DNA from: Octopus sinensis
Taxonomy: Eukaryota
Direction: 5' to 3'
Assembly: GCF_006345805.1 (NCBI RefSeq)
Contig: NC_043013.1
Location: forward strand, 36,828,001 to 36,892,000
Length of the DNA stretch: 64,000 nucleotides
This document shows, in pieces, positions 1 to 13,730 of this stretch (position 1 is the stretch's first letter; every line of letters begins with the position of its first letter). The position numbers and the translations under genes were made by a program. The notes beneath the pieces are model-generated. The model searched no databases. It was not told where the DNA came from and was given only the letters and a program-made list of their open reading frames with translations.

Positions 1-166
1 TGGCTATTTATGTTTCTGAGTTCAAGTACCGCCGAGGTCAGCTTTTGCTTTTTCATCCCTTTCGACACGGTTACTTTAAGCACCATTACAAATATTGAGA
101 TCGATGTAGTGACTGGCAGCTCACCCCCAAAAATAAATTGATAACCTTGTGCCAAATTTCGAACCC
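1..166 (+). mobile_element. tRNA-derived SINE (family A), 5'-truncated by window edge
   Basis: B-box-like GAGTTCAAGTACCGCCGAGGTC, then TTTCATCCCTTTCG ... CCTTGTGCCAAATTTCGAACC; the same body recurs more than 10 times in the window. Confidence 0.8.
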
Positions 167-221
167 TTTATTTCCTCATACCTTACGATGCAAGGTATAT
201 CAAACTACGTCTAGCTATTTT

Positions 222-224
<3 letters not shown>

Positions 225-307
<83 letters not shown>
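225..307. repeat. (TA)n microsatellite, representative of dozens of (TA)n/(CA)n/(GA)n tracts
   Basis: Direct sequence. Confidence 0.98.
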
Positions 308-310
<3 letters not shown>

Positions 311-541
311 TTAATTATGCCAAGGACCTTTAATTCTGTAAGGGATGTTTATATATATATAAGGATATGACACGAGAGTGGAGGATTACAGGCTTTAACA
401 ATAGTAGATCATACACACACACATTATTATTATATTGTATAATATTGTATGTGCATACAACGCAATCTATAGTTATGCATTTCACACACACACACACATT
501 TATATATAACAATTCCTATTGTACATGTTACATGCATCTTG

Positions 542-621
<80 letters not shown>

Positions 622-776
622 GGTCCCGGGTTGAGTCGGGGTTAACCACAGTAAATAAGGTACTCAATACATAGCAGAGTAAATTAATTTATTTTATAGA
701 AGGAGCTTCTACAGGACTAGAACTGTTTCATTCAAAAGAAATCATATATGTATATATATATCACATACATACATAT

Positions 777-834
<58 letters not shown>

Positions 835-1242
835 CACACACACATCCACACCACACTCACATACAGTATGTAATATAAATTAATTAAACTGTCTATATAC
901 ATGTGTTTGTTGCGTGTCTGTGTGTGTGTGTGTCTGAAGTCAAGTTTGATTGGTTAACATTTTAAGTTTATCAATGAATAACACTTTTCTAAAATTCGTT
1001 TATGATTTAAGATTAATACAGGCGGAGACTACTACCGTATAAAATATATATTTGAGACAAACCGATTCATCAGCTTCTGGGGTAATTTATTTATTTATTC
1101 AATTTTCACATTCAATCTTCTCTCTCAAATTTGTAAAATATTATCAACAAGGCCTTTTTTTTTATCTCTTATTTATCTTTTTTATGTTTTCTCTATCTCA
1201 TCTTGTCTATTTTTGTGTGTGGATTTATACATACATACATAC

Positions 1243-1273
<31 letters not shown>

Positions 1274-2913
1274 CATACATACATACATACAAATATACAT
1301 ACACAGACACACACTCACACTCACATTCATACATACATATTATGTGTGTGTGTTTTCTTTTAAATTAACTATCAATCTTTTCAAGGTTGTTGTATGTAGC
1401 CTCTGCGGGATCGCTTGACTTGTTAGAAACAGAAGCAAAAACTTCCGTCAAACCACATCCTATCTTTAAAAAAGAGATGATGCACTCATTGGCTGATTGT
1501 TGTTATGTTATCAGATTGCTGATGGGATTGTCACAGCAGAAGCGCCTCTGGCCATAGGCCTTCAGAATCGGAACTGACCCAGGACTATATATGCAACAAC
1601 AACCGATGTTTATTTTTATATCTGTAACTGTATACATACACTCACACACACACACACACAACTATTGACCGGAATCGGATCTTGTAGTTGCTTAGATTCC
1701 ACTCACATAAGTATATATACTTTCACCCCACACACTTACTTACTTTCTACATAGTTTTGCATTTAAATATCAGTTTGTGTGTTTGTGAAGAATAGTGCTA
1801 AAAATGAGAAACGGTTAAAGAATAATATACACACATGACACTATTTCAAAAGTACGCTGTTGGAAAACGGATTTCCAAGCATATATATGAAGCGTGAGTG
1901 GTTGTGGAAGCCGTCAAACACGGAAGTCCCTGGTCGGAGATGATAAATCAGTGTGGCAAGTGTTGTGGTCTCGTTAGCTTTTTCCACATCAGATCAATAG
2001 TGAAGTTAAATCGTTCGTGTTTGTTCTCTTTTTATATTATTGTAATAACTATTATCGATGTCAAAAACGTGAAACCGAATGCACTAACACAGAAATCGAA
2101 ACCAGAATGCTGATTCGTCGTCTCTCTAGTCGTGAAAGAAGGCGAAGCAGCATGAGTTCTTAGAACTGGGACATATTATTACTCTAGTGACCTACTGCCG
2201 CTCGACAGAACATGAATTTCAAAACTTTTCTGCTTGACCATATAATCCTCCAGATTCGTGCGATACGCTCCATTTATTCAGAATCAGGGACCCGACTTCA
2301 GTTCCAGTCCTTTATTTATTTTAGCTTAAGTCCTCTCTATACGGAAAACGATAATGTCGGTCCCCCCCCCACCCATCTCATCTTTAATCTTTAAAAATAA
2401 AGCGATCGTGCTCCTTGCTCGTAAATAGGAATATTGTGAGTTTAAATTTTTCTGTTAAGAGCTACTTCACTTTTTATCCTCTCGGAGTCATCGAAAATAA
2501 TTGAGTAATATCGATTACTACCTATCATCAAAATTGTGTTGCCTTTCATTGCCTCGGGGTTGATAGAATGAAGTTCTGTGGTCGATGGCATCAATTAAAC
2601 TCCCTCCGTTAAAACTATTGGTCATGTGCCAACAGTTAAAACCATTATTATTATTATTATTAGACGTGGGAAGAGAACTAAAAAGGAACTGGATGCCCTT
2701 TAAGGTAAGGGCAATCTTGTGGGGTTCCCTGTTTTGCTCAGGTGGTTGTCTCCTTAAGACGTTTGATGCCGTATTTTATGCTTCTTGTTTTTTTTTATAC
2801 ATGATTCTACGTAAAACCCCGCCAGTTTTTGCTGTTAGTCGTTGTAATATCTCCTCGTTCGTTGCTTTCGTGGCAAATAAAGAAACTCTTATTTATTAAT
2901 CGTTATTGATATC

Positions 2914-3116
2914 GAGCTGGCCGAATCGTTAGCGTGCCGGACAAACTGCTTTATTTCTTCTGAGTTCAATTCCGCTGAAGATGAACTTTGATTTTTATTC
3001 TTTCGGGGTCGATAAAATAAGTACCAGTCGAGCACTGGAGGTAGATTTGATAAACTAACTAACCCTTCTCCCCCAAAATTTTCGGCCTTTTGCCTATAGT
3101 TGAAGGAATTATTATT
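2914..3116 (+). mobile_element. SINE family A copy with CpGs intact
   Basis: GAGCTGGCCGAATCGTTAGCG head, GAGTTCAATTCCG, TTCGGGGTCGATAAAATAAGTACCAGTCGAGCACTGG, ATT tail. Confidence 0.85.
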
Positions 3117-3923
3117 ACCAGCAGCTTGAAAAACAACAGAAGGTGAGAAACCCTGGAAGGGTTACGGGAAGTTGAGCTAATAGCAGAGACAACTGTGTGT
3201 ATACTAATGAACCGAACTCTGAATGTATGTATAGTAATATTGTTTTAGAGTGACCTCAACGTGGCATCTTAACCGTCTTCACACATCCCGAACAGTCTTT
3301 CTCTCTCTATGTGTCTCTGTTTACACGACTAGACGCACAAACATACACAGATACACTACTCTTGTTTCATTTTCTGTTTTGTTCCTTTAAAAAAAAAAAA
3401 ATTCTCCGTAAAGTGTACCAAAAAAAAAAAATCACACCCCCCCCCCCGGAAATTTTTGTTTTATACAGTCACGCACACATACACACACGCAAGCAAGCAA
3501 GCTGATATCATTACACAGACACACAGACACATAGGGTGATCGCGCGTGTGTGTGTGTGTGTGTGGTTCTTGTATATGTATGTGTCGGTGTGTACGCGCGC
3601 GGCGCGTGTAATCAACAGAGAAGAGACATGGACTGATAGCTTTAGTCAGCTGAAGTCAGTTATGAAATATCGAAGGAGGAAACCAAAAATGACTGACACA
3701 CAAACACAGTTGTTTCACAGCACAAATGTTGCATAGGTGATACACTAATATATATACATATAAATATATATATATATATATATACATACGCATACACACA
3801 CACACACACACGTGTGTGTAAGTTCACCAGGTGGTACAGTTAGACATGGCCTGGGCCAGTAATGGCCGCGGCCAGTCTCAGTTCGGCTAAGTTCTAAGTA
3901 TATGTGTGTGTGTGTGTGTATTT

Positions 3924-3980
<57 letters not shown>

Positions 3981-4568
3981 CATGTATTTACGTATCTATG
4001 ATAAATATACACACGCAAACACAGACTATATGCATAATTGTGCTAATTTTGCAGGTCCTTCGACCATCTCCCTATGGCGTGACGGGTGGTAGCTGCGGTC
4101 CTTGTTTTGGGTCTTCTTTGATATTGCTACTTACATACATACATACAAACACGCACATAATGAAATAACGATACTAGAAGATTTCTTCAAGTTGCCTTTT
4201 GCAAAGTGCTGCTTACTATACTTGTGGTGATGAGCTGAAAATAATTTTCGTTGGATTGATATAGGCGGCCCAAGGAGGGAAAAACAAAAAAACAGTAGCT
4301 TTAATGCACATTTATTCTCAGAATGATAGGGGAGGAAACTCCCTGAAATCAACCCAAGCTTAAACTTTGGTGATTAGGTGATTTCTGAGAGAAAATTGTC
4401 ATGAGCCCTAATTACTTTTCGCTCCGTACTACAATGATGATAGCTCGCACTTAACTATATATTCACTTTGCGGAGGGTGCACTTGAAACTTCAAATGCCC
4501 TTTATTAACTTGTCTAATCAATTGAGTGTTCACACAATATTTTGTTGCTGATCTGAGAGCTTTAGTAG

Positions 4569-4604
4569 TTGAGGAAGTCGAATAAGACCGAAACATAGCC
4601 TGAA
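4569..4604 (+). mobile_element. Degenerate Penelope-type minimal hammerhead ribozyme motif in a probable Penelope-like remnant
   Basis: TTGAGGA-AGTC-GAATAA-GACC-GAAAC-ATAG resembles the CUGANGA / stem II / GAAAC core; several catalytic positions deviate. Confidence 0.45.
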
Positions 4605-5176
4605 TTAGTATTGTGGTTAATGAACTTCATTTAAATTTAATTTTTGTTTGATTGAAGTTTCGATAATTCTCTGTTGCTTTATCTGAAAGAAAACGTTCAT
4701 TAATGAAAATTACTTCATTTATTAGAGTTGTAATTTCAGTTATCAAAAATTACGGGTGTTTATCTCCTCTAGTTCATAAAGAGATGCTAAGGAGTCATAA
4801 TTATAGGTGCCGTTGTCAAACAATTATTTGCTGCGGTTCTCTAGTTTATCTTTTATTCTTTCTACACATTTTGTGGCTGTATTTCTTGTAACTTTCTCCT
4901 CCATCTAACTTGGGTGGTGAACCCGAAACCCTCTCTGTAAATTCGTTGAAGAATAAAGTCATTGAGGAATAGGGGAAAGAGAAGAATAAATATGAGTATG
5001 GACTGGAACAACCCTCCCTTCTCCCACGTTTTTTAACCCTTGCTGCTTCTAATATACAATGTTATGGACATTTCTTCGTGGAGTCGATAAAAGACAACAG
5101 ATATTAGAACTTATTCAGAGTTTAAGGGACCAACTTGGTAGACCATTTCAAAGAGTATGGAATTATTAGACAACGT

Positions 5177-5300
5177 TAAGGCAGCTAGCTTAGCAGAATC
5201 GTTAGCAACATTTTGGCCCGCCTTTACGTACAGACTTCAAATTCCGCCGAGGTAGACTGGCTCCCTCCTCACAAATTTCAAGCCTTGTGCCTTATTATTA
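5177..5300 (+). mobile_element. SINE family A, internally deleted
   Basis: AAGGCAGCTAGCTTAGCAGAATCGTTAGCA ... TTCAAATTCCGCCGAGGTAGAC ... GCCTTGTGCC. Confidence 0.75.
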
Positions 5301-6189
5301 GATAACCGTAGCTCTAAATAAAAAAGACGGGATATCATAGCTGTTTGTGTTGGATCAGGTCTGAAAAGCTAAACTAGGATGGAAAATGTTTATGGGGGGG
5401 GGACTTTTATTTCAGTTTTACATAACACACGGGAAGCTCCCGACTTACTTACGTAAGCCACACCTGGTTTTGACTTTGCATTTATAAAATTAGCTTCTCA
5501 GAATGTCACATTAGATAACGTTGCCATTAGCAATATTTTTCTGTTGTTGATAAAAATGTTGAAGTGTCCTGGTCAAGTTGTGCTCGAACGAGTCACATGT
5601 TCACAGAGGTAATCCAAAAAGAAATGCGGCTGTAATAAAAAAAAACAGATGCGTGTAGTCGATCAGTGTCTTGGAGCGTCCGGTCAATGTTTGAAATCTT
5701 TTCCCATTCTATCTGTAAAAAAGCTACTTATATTTTAAAAAGAAATACGCAGTCTAAGAGGCGGTGGTCTTATATTTGCAAAGAGATCGAAGAGATAAAT
5801 TTTAACCGATAAATTAAGAAAGTGGAGAAACTATACATTTACCCCGGTTCTAATTATTAACACAGTCATTATTAATCATATCTATGCGCCAAAAATACTT
5901 CTCCATCCACGCTTCCGCACGAACCTCTTTAGCTGCATAGTAAGTTGTGTAGATGTATTTTTTCATGCATAATATACACCATCGGGATTGAGTCATGTTT
6001 TTTCCACATGCACAAACAATATGGATATAAACGGTCATATGTCATATCTGTGCCAGCAGTTCCAATCCAAAGCCATTTTTTTTTCTAGGGATTTACGTGG
6101 AAGTTCTGTTGTTTTTCTTCCGGCTAATAAGCTATTTACTATTGCCACTTTGCAATTACGTTTTTTTTACATTGTGCTCCTCCCTCTCT

Positions 6190-6240
<51 letters not shown>

Positions 6241-6799
6241 CTTGCAGACAAATATCGTGGGTCTACGTATTTGTTAAACTACTTCGTTTTTTCGTTTTTT
6301 TTTTGTCCGCCCCCTCCAGCTAGCAACAACAAACGAGAAATCAAATCTAAATTCAGCTACCCGAACATATAGAAAAAAAAATTGTATCTGGGTGGGGTAG
6401 ACACGAGCTAAGAAGCCGCAGTGGCCGGCTGGTTGTATAGCTAGTGGCTATACGAACGGAGCCTCTAACAGACGAGACCAGCAAGGGAGAGTGGTGCTAG
6501 AACACAAATGTAAATGATCATCTTCCTCTCTCTCTCTCTTTTTTTTTTTTTGCAGCCTCTTCAGTTTTTTGGTTAAGTTTAAAAACTCCTATCTTTTCTA
6601 TATATATATATAAACTGAACAAAAAGTAAAAGTCAAATTGTCTTTGTTTTGTTTTGTAGTGTAGGTTTTTTTTTTTAGTTGTTGATAATTGTTTGTGGTG
6701 TTGTTGATAGTCAAAATCGTGGGGTTCCTGTTTGTGTATGAACATCTAAAAGATTATATTTATATATATTTATATAGTGAGAGAGAGAGAGAGATGTGT

Positions 6800-7200
6800 A
6801 TATAAATGTATGTATGTGTACGAAGGCGGAAAATCCTCAGCGCAACGACGGCAAGAAAAGGGAGACTGTAGAGGGAGGAGGAGATATTAGGAGGTTCAAT
6901 CTACGAAGCAGCAGTAGTAGTAGTAGTAGTTAGAAGACGGGAGAATGAAGAAGATAGAGAGGAGGAGAAAGAAGAAGAAGAAGAAAATTAAAAGATGAGA
7001 CGATAGAGAGAAAGAGAAAAAGGTCACATATCAAGGTGTCTAAATTCCCACACTCCTTCCCTTTGCCTCTCATTAACCGCCTCCCACTGCCTTTTAATTC
7101 TCTTTCTCTCTCTCTCTCTCTCTCTGCTCATTTACTCACCCTCTCTTTGTTTCTCTTTAATACAATCTGTCACTCTCTTTCAGTAGTCTGACCTTGTTCT
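6800..7200. promoter_or_regulatory. Putative (possibly bidirectional) promoter region
   Basis: CpG-retaining; GA-rich block 6860-7025 and CT-rich block 7050-7180; Inr-like TCAGT at 7180-7184; lies upstream of the CpG-depletion boundary. Confidence 0.4.
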
Positions 7201-7693
7201 CTGAGATTAATAAATGAAGAAGGAAAAAGACAGAATAGAGATAGAGAAGGAGTGTCTGTGTTTGTGTGTGTGTGTGTGTCTAATGAGAACGAGAGAGAGA
7301 AAGAGCTAGAGCTTGGCAAAGCTTTTTCGCTCGCATACAAATTGCTACTGTATGTGGTGCTTGTTTGGTGTTTCTTTTTAATACCATGCTTCTCGTCACC
7401 GCTTGAACAAGCAAGCCACACGTTACAGACACATCATCCACATCTTTGTATATATATATATATATATACATACATACATATATATATCTATATATGTATG
7501 TATATATATATATATATAAATGTATGTATACACACGTATGAAAAGGATTTACTTTTTCGGATTTTCTTTTATTCTATTTATATAACATAAATATAGTTAT
7601 AAGTAAAAAAAAAAAACCCACATCGACGACGTGAACCCCGTCTACGAAATTAATAATAATAATAATAATAATAATAACAATAACAATTGCAAG
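7182..7693 (+). other. Putative non-coding first exon of the large + strand gene
   Basis: Starts at Inr-like TCAGT, has leader-like composition, ends at AAG|GTATTG donor-like site. Confidence 0.3.
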
Positions 7694-9321
7694 GTATTGT
7701 TATTGTTAGAACATCCACGGAACCTTAATCTATATATATACCCACACAACGTGAAGATCGTACCTTAATTTGTATTTTTAAATGGTTGACTCGGCTCTGA
7801 AGAGAACTATTATTTGATAGAGGTGATTCTTTATTTCTACCGTTCTTCCTTTCTCTTTCTTTCTATTTTTTTTTTTTTTTTTGTTTCGCACCTCCGTTTG
7901 TGTGTAGTTTGTTATATATCTTACATTTGTTTTACCTTATTATCACTTGTCTTTTTTTGTTGTTTTCTCTTTCTTATTATTTTTTTACATTTTCTAAAAC
8001 ATTAATTACATTTATATTAACTTTTTTTACTTCACTCTTTACAAGTCATTAACTTGGTATTTATTAATCATTTTAACACTTATATTTTTGTCCTTGTCTC
8101 CTCTCTCTTTTTCTTTATTTTTTTTTTCGTATGTTGTATGTATGATCGATCGTGTTTCGGTACCAATTAACAAATTTAGGTTATTTCAATGGGTTAAAGA
8201 AGTGAAAACGGGTGACCACTGTCTGCTTCTCTCTCTCTCTCTCTCTCTCTCTCTCCTTCATTCACTTTCGACGTGTTTGCGCGCGCGTGTGTGCGCGTGT
8301 TCGTAGAACTATGTTTGAATTAGAATAATTATGATCATTGCTTACTGGCTCTGTTGGTTGTGGTGGTGGTGGTGGTGACTGAGAGAATGTATATAAATAT
8401 ACAAACAATACATATAGATATATATATATATGTTGTCCAAACACATGAGATGTAGTTTGTTTGATGAAGATAGCAGATAACATGTTATTGTGGGGACGGA
8501 GAAGGATGCTGTATCAGAGTTACCTCCCTTGGCACTTTGTGCAGCGGAAGAGAGAAAAAAAACGATCCCCCATACACATACATACACCTTGTGTTGGTTA
8601 TGTTTATTTACATGGATCGCCACCACCATCACCATCACTACCGTCATCATTCGTCAGCATCATCATCATCATCATCACACCCGTCATCATCGATAAAGCA
8701 GAAGCCGGAACTGTGGGCAAACCACTCGTCATCAGTAACAGACATGTTATTTTCCTCACGTTTCACTATTACCACCACTACTGCCAAAATCACATGTCAA
8801 CGAAGATAGATAAACAGTTCTTTAGGAATACATTATACATACATGTATATGTATATATATCTATATATATATATATATATATATATTGTATACGTAATTC
8901 GACTAATGACGATGATGATTATGATGAGGAGGATACCTACTGCATTTGATTTTATTCTATTACAGCTTCAATGCCTTTGCGTGTGCGCATATATATATAT
9001 ATGTATATATACAAATATATATATCGATCGATCAATACATCTATATCTCATGATCAGAATATATTCCCCATCTTCATATGTATTTATTGTAGATACATCG
9101 GTATACATACATTTGTGTACGTTAATAGAAACGTGTGTTTGTGTGTCTGTATGCCCGTTGATGATGACTCATATTTCAACTTCTTTTAATTAATCAACCT
9201 TTTCCCCTCTGCCGTATTTTCTTCTTACAGTGCATATCTAATGTTTTACATGAAACATCACTCTCTCTCTCTCTCTCGATCCATCTTTTCTCACACTTCC
9301 TATTCTATCTGTCTGTCGTTT

Positions 9322-9352
<31 letters not shown>

Positions 9353-9668
9353 TGCAGTCACTCTGTATCTAATCTCTTGTAATTACTTGACATACTCCCG
9401 CTCACAATTTACGCATTCTATTCTCTTACGTTTTCCCCAGTCTCTCTCTCTCTCTCTCTCTAAGAAAAAGGCAAACAAACAGAAAGAAAGACAGTTGTGA
9501 TCACTTTTCGATAGACACTCGTTCCGTTTCACACTATCTTTATTGAACATCATCGACACTCTATTATATATCTATAAATTTCACTTTAATATCGAACCCT
9601 GTAATCAACATCCACATCATAACTATGTATCTTTTGTCCGCAATGTTTCCAAATAAACAACACACTAT

Positions 9669-9699
<31 letters not shown>

Positions 9700-9923
9700 C
9701 GGAGAGAGAAAATACTGTCCCGTGTTTACAGCTCCGTTCTCTCCTGTTTCCGCCATGCACTCCAATGCCGTTTCTCAATATTATTTTTTAAAACTAGCTT
9801 TACATTTACTCATCTCATACTTTTGCATATATTCTCTCTACTGACTCGAAGTAAATTGGAAAATACCGTCTTTCTTACTGCATTGCATATTGCACCTTCG
9901 AACAAGTCCAAACTGTTACTGTT

Positions 9924-9981
<58 letters not shown>

Positions 9982-10264
9982 GTATATGTATATATATGCC
10001 AGTGAATACTTTTAGGGAGCTATTTCGATCTTGAAAATGTGTTCTCCCTTCCTCGTTCAAGCAAGCAACCTCTAAACAAATTTGCTCCGCTACTTTCTCT
10101 CCGACCCCTCACCCATATCATTCTGTGAAAATAGTTTCAAAACTGACACTACTACTTATTTTAATCTTAAGCTAGCTGCTCCAAGGGCCAACGGGAATAT
10201 TTTTTTTTCTTTATTCTTCTATCTGCCTCTCCATATACGCTCGAATATGTGTAAATATGTATGA

Positions 10265-10300
<36 letters not shown>

Positions 10301-11238
10301 GGATGCTTCCGTAGGAGGTAGCCAGGGAGAGAACTGGATGAATTAACGTTGTATGGATTATTCCTTGAAGTTGTTATTGCTACACGAATAATATATATAT
10401 GTGTGTGTGTGTGTGTGAAAGAGAGAGAGAGAAAGAGAGACGTGTGTAAGCAAAATATTATGTGTACGTATGTACGTTCGTAATCTGATGTTAATTATTT
10501 CGGAAACAAATTATTTCGAAATCTCAGAAGTTGCCTCTAGAGATGAATTTAAAGAGTAAGGGTGGTCTGTCTTCTTGTGTGAGTGTAATGCTTCCGAGTG
10601 TGTTTGTGTGTGTGAGAGAGAGAGACCATGTCTGAGTGTGTATGTGCGCGCCTGCGTGTACATATATATACTTATATATGTAGGTATATACGAACTCGTT
10701 TTTATTTTACGTATGTATTTTATAATTATAAGTGCATATATGTCTATGAATACACGCACATATATGTATATATATATATATATATATTCATATACACACA
10801 TGCATGTAAAGATTCATATCTATATGTACGTGTAGGGATGTGTGTGTGTGTACGAGAGAGCTGCTTTATTGTTCATTATATTGATGTAACTGATTATATA
10901 TTATAATTGGAACTAGCGCATAATTACGAGGAAGATAATTATCAAACGTGTAAGTATATATATATGTATACAATCGCAAGTTATTTTTGTGACTTTACAT
11001 ATGAATGTGTGTGCATATGTATATATATATATGTACTTGAATACGATGAATGGATTTAGATATTGTACACACTTAGAAAACTAAGTCAAATTTAATATTG
11101 TTTCTAGAGGGAGCAATTATGGAAAGGAATTGTGTATTTTGTGTAAGTATATGTTGCGGTAGCTTAGCCACAAGCACACACACGCATTAGTGTGTATGTC
11201 TTCATATGTATGTATTTATACATGTGTGTGTAAGTATC

Positions 11239-11294
<56 letters not shown>

Positions 11295-11687
11295 TACATA
11301 TGTATATGTCTATGTGAGTATTTTTATATGTATATATGTGCATATGCATGTATATGTATATGTGTGTGTATATATGTACTCCTAGCAATAAAGGAAATAT
11401 CATAATTATAATAATTATCACTATTATAGCCATCTCTAATAACCAACACAAATGCTGTGTGTGTGTGTGTGTTGATAGATAGGTAGATAGACAGACAGAT
11501 ATACTCATTCATGCACCACACACATTAAGAGAATTTACCTATCAGTTCAAATCCTGATTATTATCCTATTAGATGAAGTGATATAAAATTTATGTCATGA
11601 ACTCTGTTATGTCAGGTCATTGTCCTGAGCTAAGAAGAACCTGTACTTCCATTTCAAACTCAAAATTTTCTATGTAGTGTATATATA

Positions 11688-11729
<42 letters not shown>

Positions 11730-12449
11730 CTGCATGGGTGACTTGATTTGTTTTTGTGCATCTCTAAGTTTGTGTGTGTATATGTGTTTTCATGTTTGCT
11801 TGTTTATTAGAGTATCTTGAGTTGAAATAACTGATGTGGTCAAGTTTGCCCTTTGGGGCTGCTCCAGCTGCTTACATAACCAACACTTCCCCACCCTCTC
11901 TCACTATAAGATGCCTGATGTTATGATGGGTCTGCTCACAGTTTCATGGGTACCAGAAGTATAATACATGCTACTAAGTTACTGTTGGTTGCAAGGTATA
12001 TCAGTGAGTGTGTGGATATATATATATATATATACACACACACATATATGTAAGTATGGATATGTATGTATACACATCACCATCGTTTTATCGTCCACTG
12101 TTCCATGGCACAGATGGAAGTCGATGAGGCACGCCTGATGCCCATCCTGTCCTCACTGAGCTTCCACTTTGTTTCCAAGTAAAATATTTACCCGTAACCA
12201 GCCTTGATTTCTGCTTAGAGAAAACTGGGAAGGAACGTCATCACATCAATTCTATGACAGTATGACAGAGATGTTTCTTTACAATCATTATGTGATTGTA
12301 AACACTCATACATACATACATATATATATATGGATCCTGTAAAACAGAAATCGAAAGATGCCCATTGCAGATGTATACATCTATATATATATGTGTATAT
12401 GTATATATATATATGTGTACATCTGCAATGGGCATCTTTCAATTACTGT

Positions 12450-12572
12450 TTTGCAGGATCCACTCAAGACTTTGGTTAATTTGGAGCTATGATACCAGAG
12501 TTTTGGCTAAGGTTTCACACTGGGATTGAACCTGAAGCCATGTACCTGCAAAGGAAGCTTCTTACTCACCCA
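12450..12572 (-). mobile_element. tRNA-derived SINE family B head
   Basis: Reverse complement GGGTGAGTAAGAAGCTTCCTTTGCAGGTACATGGCTTCAGGTTCAATCCCAGTG has A/B-box-like geometry. Confidence 0.65.
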
Positions 12573-12579
12573 GTTATGC

Positions 12580-12615
<36 letters not shown>

Positions 12616-13425
12616 GAGAGAGAGAGATGTATATGTGTGTGTATAAATATATATATATATACATGCATGTATATAAACACACATGCACAAATATTTTCTT
12701 ATGTATACACAAACACACACACCTATATCCATATGTATATATTTGTTTACATATACATGTATGTATGTATGTGTGTGTGTGTGTCTGGTTAGCCAATCAT
12801 GACTTTACACACACACATATATGTACATCTATTATGTCTGTGAAACAGTTGTGTGTGTGTGTATTCATGCATAAGTGAATTAATATAGAAACTTAGTTAT
12901 GAAATATCTAATTATCTTTGTTATATATATATAATATGTTTGCCTTCATATGTGTTTGTATCTGCTGTGTGTATGCGAGAGGGAGAGAGACAGAAAGAAT
13001 TATACATATCTAAGTATGTTTATATAGTTATATGCATATCTGTGTCTATGTATATGGGTGTGTATGCTGTATTATATTCCAATCTTAGTCATTCCAATTT
13101 GCTTTTAACACAAATTCTGTCTTACTAAATATGATACTTGCATGTCTCCAACAGTCTAAGCACCCTGGACAGATGGTGTGTGCAAATTGTGTTAAGAGAT
13201 TATTAAGACTAACACTGTTGGATATCAACCTCTAAGGTATGGACATAATGTTATTCATACAGGTGGTATAAATCACTGATATTTGTTAAGATAGCACTTC
13301 AGTGATGTAAGGACTATTAAAACCTCTAGTGAAATGCACATTCATGAATAGAAACAGTATTATAATCGTTTACTATGCAATATCATTACATGAGTGTGTA
13401 CATGCATACACACACACATGCCCAA

Positions 13426-13457
<32 letters not shown>

Positions 13458-13685
13458 ATGCTTTTGTGTGTATATGTATGTATATTTTCCAGCGGTGATG
13501 GTGGGTAATAAGTTTGAAAAGAAACTATGTCCAGTCACTTAGAATAAATTACTCAGAGATGAGTATTTTTGAAATACTTTAAAAGTATTTCACCATAGGC
13601 AAAAAGAGAATACATTTTGTTGGACTTATGTGGATTAAATATTTCTCACACCCACCCACACATATATATAAAGATATATATATAT

Positions 13686-13730
<45 letters not shown>

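Noticed and set aside
690-742. Minus-strand GAAACAGTTCTAGTC as a hammerhead half
   Set aside because: The CUGANGA part is absent (truncated by TA repeat) and stem III does not pair.
6416-6445. Resemblance to miR-34 and the let-7 3' end (GCAGTGGCCGGCTGGTTGTATAG)
   Set aside because: Seed mismatch, and the hairpin is too short (~37 nt) for a pre-miRNA.
6427-6467. Stop-codon readthrough signal after the smORF
   Set aside because: The readthrough frame hits another TAG after 7 codons.
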